Of a stretch of 64,000 bases of DNA, positions 63,742 through 64,000 are shown piece by piece. The translations under genes and the position numbers were made by a program. Numbering within the stretch: the first letter of the stretch is position 1; every line of letters begins with the position of its first letter. The DNA is from Octopus sinensis. Taxonomy: Eukaryota. Location of the stretch: NCBI RefSeq assembly GCF_006345805.1, contig NC_043006.1, forward strand, positions 5,766,001-5,830,000, read 5' to 3'. The notes beneath the pieces are model-generated. The model did not search any database, was not told where the DNA came from, and worked only from the letters and a program-made list of their open reading frames with translations.

Positions 63742-64000
63742 TACATGTATATGGACATATGTATAAGTATATAATACATATATTTATATACGTGTAGAAA
63801 CATACATAGAATCATACATAGATGGGCACGCACATGTATATGTGTGTATGTATGTATGCATGCAAGTATATATGTGTGTATGTATGCATGTTTGTATGTA
63901 TATATGCATGTATGCACGTTTGTATGTAGGAATGAAAGTATGTATGTATGTGTGTGTGTGTATGCGTGCGTATTCTTTTATTCTTTTATAAGTTTCAGCC

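Overview
Animal genomic DNA, AT-rich and dense in microsatellites and retroposons. The SINE families look like those of Octopus (recognition only, not verified). Positions 1-25 kb hold the last eight coding exons of a + strand class I myosin (MYO1D/Myo31DF type): end of motor, two IQ motifs and the TH1 tail, with all splice phases consistent and a stop at 24995. About 6 kb of transposon-poor DNA follows, a possible long 3' UTR. I found no recognisable protein-coding exons from 31 to 64 kb. That region contains four tRNA-derived SINE families, RTE/CR1/L2 LINE relics, DNA-transposon MITEs and relics, a 0.94-kb hierarchical AAT/AAC satellite, a housekeeping-type promoter motif cluster at 54.87-54.97 kb and a 637-bp solo LTR with intact ends. 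The most notable hidden structure is a set of minimal hammerhead-ribozyme motifs (11490, 24431, 62304, 63485; decayed at 7457), some in short ~180-nt repeats and some tied to Penelope-like relics. Also notable are a 126-bp-arm intronic palindrome rich in A:C mismatches and a 316-bp duplication that records SINE-SINE unequal crossover. All alignments were made by eye; element family names are provisional.
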